DNA from: a virus
Taxonomy: Duplodnaviria; Caudoviricetes
Direction: 5' to 3' (one strand)
IMG/VR virus record: IMGVR_UViG_3300035507_000051
Span: 1 to 64,000 of that record
Length of the DNA stretch: 64,000 nt
In this document: piece after piece, positions 60,967 to 64,000 of the stretch
How positions within the stretch are numbered: position 1 is the first letter of the stretch
Layout of the letters: every line of letters starts with the position of its first letter
Notes under the pieces: model-generated
The model's database searches: none
Told to the model about the DNA's origin: nothing
The model's input: the letters and a program-made list of their open reading frames with translations, nothing else
Translations under genes and position numbers: made by a program

Positions 60967-61401
60967 TTAACCATTATGACATAATATTTTTACTATACCT
61001 AAATGATTAAGACTTTTATCTACATATTTAGAACTATCTAACATTCCTTTAAGAAAATAGCAAAAATCCTGACAATACTCATAATCTTTGATGTCTTCTC
61101 TATGGCCTTCTATTTGACTTATTAAATCTACAATAGATTCACTATCTCTTAGTGAAGCTTTTGCTATTTCTAGACTACTAATATATTTAGTAACTCTAGT
61201 AATTTCATCATTAAGATAACCAATAATATTAGATAGATCTGCTTGAGTCAATTCATAATAATCTTTCTCAGTTTGGTAGAGAGGTATTCCTGAAATTTCC
61301 TCGTTAAAGGTAGAGTATATTTCAGTGCTTCTAGAAAAGGCATTTAAATATACTTTATCACCTTTATTAGTCTCTGCATAAAAATGTATATAGCTACTCA
61401 T
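60967..61401 (-). CDS. Hypothetical protein
   Basis: ORF track. Confidence 0.75.
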   Translation of the reverse strand: MSSYIHFYAETNKGDKVYLNAFSRSTEIYSTFNEEISGIPLYQTEKDYYELTQADLSNIIGYLNDEITRVTKYISSLEIAKASLRDSESIVDLISQIEGHREDIKDYEYCQDFCYFLKGMLDSSKYVDKSLNHLGIVKILCHNG

Positions 61402-61402
61402 A

Positions 61403-61777
61403 TCAATTATGCCCTGCTTCTAATACAGGTAAGCCAGTTTCAGTAGGAATATAAATTATCTTATCAGCTTGATTAAGATTCTGCTGTCTTACCCACAAAT
61501 ACTGAATATAAGTTGGAGTTATAGCTCCATTCTCAATACTAATAGCTTCTGCTGCACCTTTAGCTCTTTCTACTTCTGCTTGTGCATTAAGTTTTTCAGC
61601 TTCAAGATTAGCTTTAGCTTCTTCAATTTTAATTTTCCTATTCTGTTCAGCCTTAGCAAATTCAGCTTTACCTGCCATCTCTTGTGACCAGACATTATAA
61701 ATAGGAACACCAATACAGCCAATCGCAATAGCTGCCAATACACATACAATAGTAATAATAATGTCTTTTGTTTTCAT
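61403..61777 (-). CDS. Membrane-anchored SPFH/band-7-like coiled-coil protein
   Basis: N-terminal TM, AEA-rich coil, IIYIPT tail. Confidence 0.6.
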   Translation of the reverse strand: MKTKDIIITIVCVLAAIAIGCIGVPIYNVWSQEMAGKAEFAKAEQNRKIKIEEAKANLEAEKLNAQAEVERAKGAAEAISIENGAITPTYIQYLWVRQQNLNQADKIIYIPTETGLPVLEAGHN

Positions 61778-62757
61778 ATTAATTTATTTTCTTTAAATTG
61801 TTCTTTTAATTTATCAGCTAGCATCATTATATCAGGATGAGCATTTGGAGAACATCTTAAATTAAAGAAGGCTTTCCAATCACTCACAAATCCTGTATAT
61901 ACAACTTCAGTAGCTGTACATAAAGTAAGAGCCTCTCTAGCTTCTTCAGGTTTACAGCCTTCTGCTAGCATCTTCATATATTGAAATTCACTATAGCACC
62001 AAGTTTTAATTAAAGATTCTTCAGCAGATGAAAAACCTTCAGTTTGCTTAATATCATATTTATTAACTAACTCCCAATCATAACTATTACCTTCTATCAT
62101 ATGATTACACTTAGAAGGTATAGTACATTGAATTTCATTATTGAATTTATCCTTACTATAATTACAATACCTTGTACTCTGTTCACTAGGACTAAAATAC
62201 TGAGAATCCTCTTCGGATGTTTTACAAAGGTCTCTATGTCTATTCCACTCTCTTGATACTGAAATAGGACATTTAACTCTTACAGTAACTCTTTTTTGAT
62301 GATACTCTGTAGGATCACAAAGATATTGTAAATCCCCTAACCTGTTATTTTCTAATAGTACTCTGTAGTTTGTAGTTATATAATAACAAGTTTTACCCTG
62401 ATTATTGGATTTATAATTAGGAGCTAAGCCTACACCATAACCTGACTCTACCTTATATACTACTGAAAAAGGGTTTTTATTATAGAAGTCTGCTATAGTT
62501 TCATACTCCTCTAAGTTCTGTATAGGAGTAATAAGAAGTAAATATACAGTACCATGCTCTGCTACAGACTGATGTTTATAAACATTAACTATTTTATCTA
62601 CAAAGTCTTTAGCTGTTAAAGAGTTACCATTTTCATCATATTTAATGAGACATTCAGACTTATAGCAAGTTCTTGCTGCAAGTTCTATTTGCTCATAAAT
62701 ACCTTGTATACCTTCCTTTTGAGGTATGATTTCTACTGATGATTTAATTAACTTCAT
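61774..62757 (-). CDS. thyX: Flavin-dependent thymidylate synthase
   Basis: HQSVAEH, RHR..SEQSTRY, PEEARE, FFNLRCSPNAHPDI. Confidence 0.9.
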   Translation of the reverse strand: MKLIKSSVEIIPQKEGIQGIYEQIELAARTCYKSECLIKYDENGNSLTAKDFVDKIVNVYKHQSVAEHGTVYLLLITPIQNLEEYETIADFYNKNPFSVVYKVESGYGVGLAPNYKSNNQGKTCYYITTNYRVLLENNRLGDLQYLCDPTEYHQKRVTVRVKCPISVSREWNRHRDLCKTSEEDSQYFSPSEQSTRYCNYSKDKFNNEIQCTIPSKCNHMIEGNSYDWELVNKYDIKQTEGFSSAEESLIKTWCYSEFQYMKMLAEGCKPEEAREALTLCTATEVVYTGFVSDWKAFFNLRCSPNAHPDIMMLADKLKEQFKENKLI

Positions 62758-62932
62758 CTCTAATTTTCTTTAATAAAGTACGTATTTTAGAGTATAGTAG
62801 CATTAGCTCTTTATGTTCTTGCTTAGTATATTCCATCTTACGTTTGCTTGTTATATCTATATATTTAGATACTTTATTAGTAAGATAGATTAATTTCGCT
62901 CTATGAACATTGTACTTAAGCTTACTTTTCAT
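62744..62932 (-). CDS. Hypothetical basic protein
   Basis: ORF track. Confidence 0.55.
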   Translation of the reverse strand: MKSKLKYNVHRAKLIYLTNKVSKYIDITSKRKMEYTKQEHKELMLLYSKIRTLLKKIRDEVN

Positions 62933-62943
62933 AGTAGTAAAAA

Positions 62944-63123
62944 TTACAGCTTAAATATTTTATCAACCATTTCTTCATTACACCATAGTTGTAATACATT
63001 TATACTACTATAAATACATAGACCTAATCCTGCCTTGAAATTATCTACGCATACCATGTAAGAACCTACAGCTATAACTGCTATATGGATTAGGGTTAAA
63101 ATTATTATAAGTTTCCAGCTCAT
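62944..63123 (-). CDS. Small membrane protein (59 aa)
   Basis: MSWKLIIILTLIHIAVIAVG..; ATG overlaps the thioredoxin TGA. Confidence 0.55.
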   Translation of the reverse strand: MSWKLIIILTLIHIAVIAVGSYMVCVDNFKAGLGLCIYSSINVLQLWCNEEMVDKIFKL

Positions 63124-63362
63124 TTTGTTAATTCTTTTAGTCTATCTAATGGAGTAATGCCAGGCAATTTAGTAGCTACATTGTTATCATCTAATATAAC
63201 TAGAGTAGGAATAGATCTAATTTTATATTCATCAAGTAAATCAGCATTAGCATCATCATTAATATCTACATTTACTATATCTACTCCTTCTAGTTCTTCT
63301 AGAATTCTGCCTTGCTGTTTACAAGGACCGCAAGTCTGTGAATAAAATTTAAGTATTTTCAT
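63120..63362 (-). CDS. Thioredoxin
   Basis: CGPC active site, SIPTL cis-Pro motif. Confidence 0.9.
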   Translation of the reverse strand: MKILKFYSQTCGPCKQQGRILEELEGVDIVNVDINDDANADLLDEYKIRSIPTLVILDDNNVATKLPGITPLDRLKELTK

Positions 63363-63363
63363 C

Positions 63364-63552
63364 TTAAGTTAAATGGAATTGAATATTTATACTTGGAGTA
63401 ACCATCCAAATACAGTAATCTGAATCTAATTTACATTCTTTTTTAATGAAATCTTCTACATTGTCTAAAAGGTGTGGAATACTATAAATATGAACATCTC
63501 CTGTATTCATATCTCCTACTAATAGTGCATATTTATCTGTGCTAGTATTCAT
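63364..63552 (-). CDS. Hypothetical protein
   Basis: ORF track. Confidence 0.6.
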   Translation of the reverse strand: MNTSTDKYALLVGDMNTGDVHIYSIPHLLDNVEDFIKKECKLDSDYCIWMVTPSINIQFHLT

Positions 63553-63731
63553 ATTTTTAAATTATTTTCTTTAATTAATCTTCTTGCAATTACACACTCA
63601 AGATGAAAAGGAATACTTATATGTTTTCCTTGTTCATTATAATAGATAGAATGGCTACTTTTTGTTCTAGCATACTTGTAGCCATTCTTTTCTACTATTT
63701 TAATGAACTCTCTATGAGTGTATTGTTTCAT
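63549..63731 (-). CDS. HicA-like mRNA interferase
   Basis: REFIKIVEKNGY..RTKSSHSIY..ISIPFH. Confidence 0.75.
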   Translation of the reverse strand: MKQYTHREFIKIVEKNGYKYARTKSSHSIYYNEQGKHISIPFHLECVIARRLIKENNLKI

Positions 63732-63895
63732 TTATTTATAGCATCATTACCATAATGTGTTTTATTAGTAGTAATCCGTTTAGTAGTTCCACAATTAGGA
63801 CAAACAATATTAGTAATTCTATACCCACCTTCTTCTGTAGTAGTGGCTTGGTATTTAACTACTCTTCTACAGTAATCACAAAATCTTAATGTCAT
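63728..63895 (-). CDS. Zn-ribbon protein (CDYC..CPNC)
   Basis: 55 aa; ATGA overlaps at both ends. Confidence 0.65.
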   Translation of the reverse strand: MTLRFCDYCRRVVKYQATTTEEGGYRITNIVCPNCGTTKRITTNKTHYGNDAINK

Positions 63896-64000
63896 TTTTG
63901 AAGCATTTTAATCTTATCTTTAATATAGAATATTGCTTTTCTAAGATCTTCAATCTGCTTATCAGTGTCAGATATTCCATCTTCAGTTTTATGTCCTGCT
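63892..64000 (-). CDS. DUF3310-like protein, C-terminal part
   Basis: AGHK..IEDLRKAIFYI. Confidence 0.6.
   Translation of the reverse strand, partial: AGHKTEDGISDTDKQIEDLRKAIFYIKDKIKMLQK

Noticed and set aside
1-64000. CRISPR array, rRNA, integrase, phage release factor or aminoacyl-tRNA synthetase
   Set aside because: No repeat-spacer array or recognisable motifs found; such genes could lie outside the window.

Overview
This window is most of the virion-gene half of a crAss-like phage (Crassvirales, probably infecting Bacteroidota) that uses an amber-recoded genetic code, TAG=Gln (code 15). The fragmented ORF track is an artefact of the standard code; with TAG read as Gln the fragments join into long, tightly packed genes. 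Order: the 3' end of a giant modular protein (1-5046); a 9-tRNA cluster including a CUA suppressor with its own promoter; small genes (RepL-like, HU/IHF-like, GroES-like); terminase; portal; fibre genes; a lysis cassette (u-spanin, holin candidates, DUF5675 endolysin); an unknown 4-gene operon; scaffold candidate; major capsid gene split by a group I intron carrying an HNH gene; ring/hub/muzzle tail genes; cargo proteins; three giant ejected-type proteins including the virion RNA polymerase (DFDID); then a TAG-free minus-strand block (ThyX, thioredoxin, HicA-like). Eight host-type promoters share NTT(G/AG)-N20-TA(C/T/A)CTTTG. The most interesting unexplained signals concern protein delivery: terminal cysteines that could chain the three giant proteins head-to-tail, a recurring xNGG..RRFDxGG motif that delimits modules in cargo-type proteins, and TonB-box-like LPELTV/LNEV segments after that motif. 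Specific crAss gene-role names rest on recalled synteny and motifs, not on database searches. For the longest recoded genes, frame continuity was checked at the ORF-track fragments and the ends rather than at every codon.
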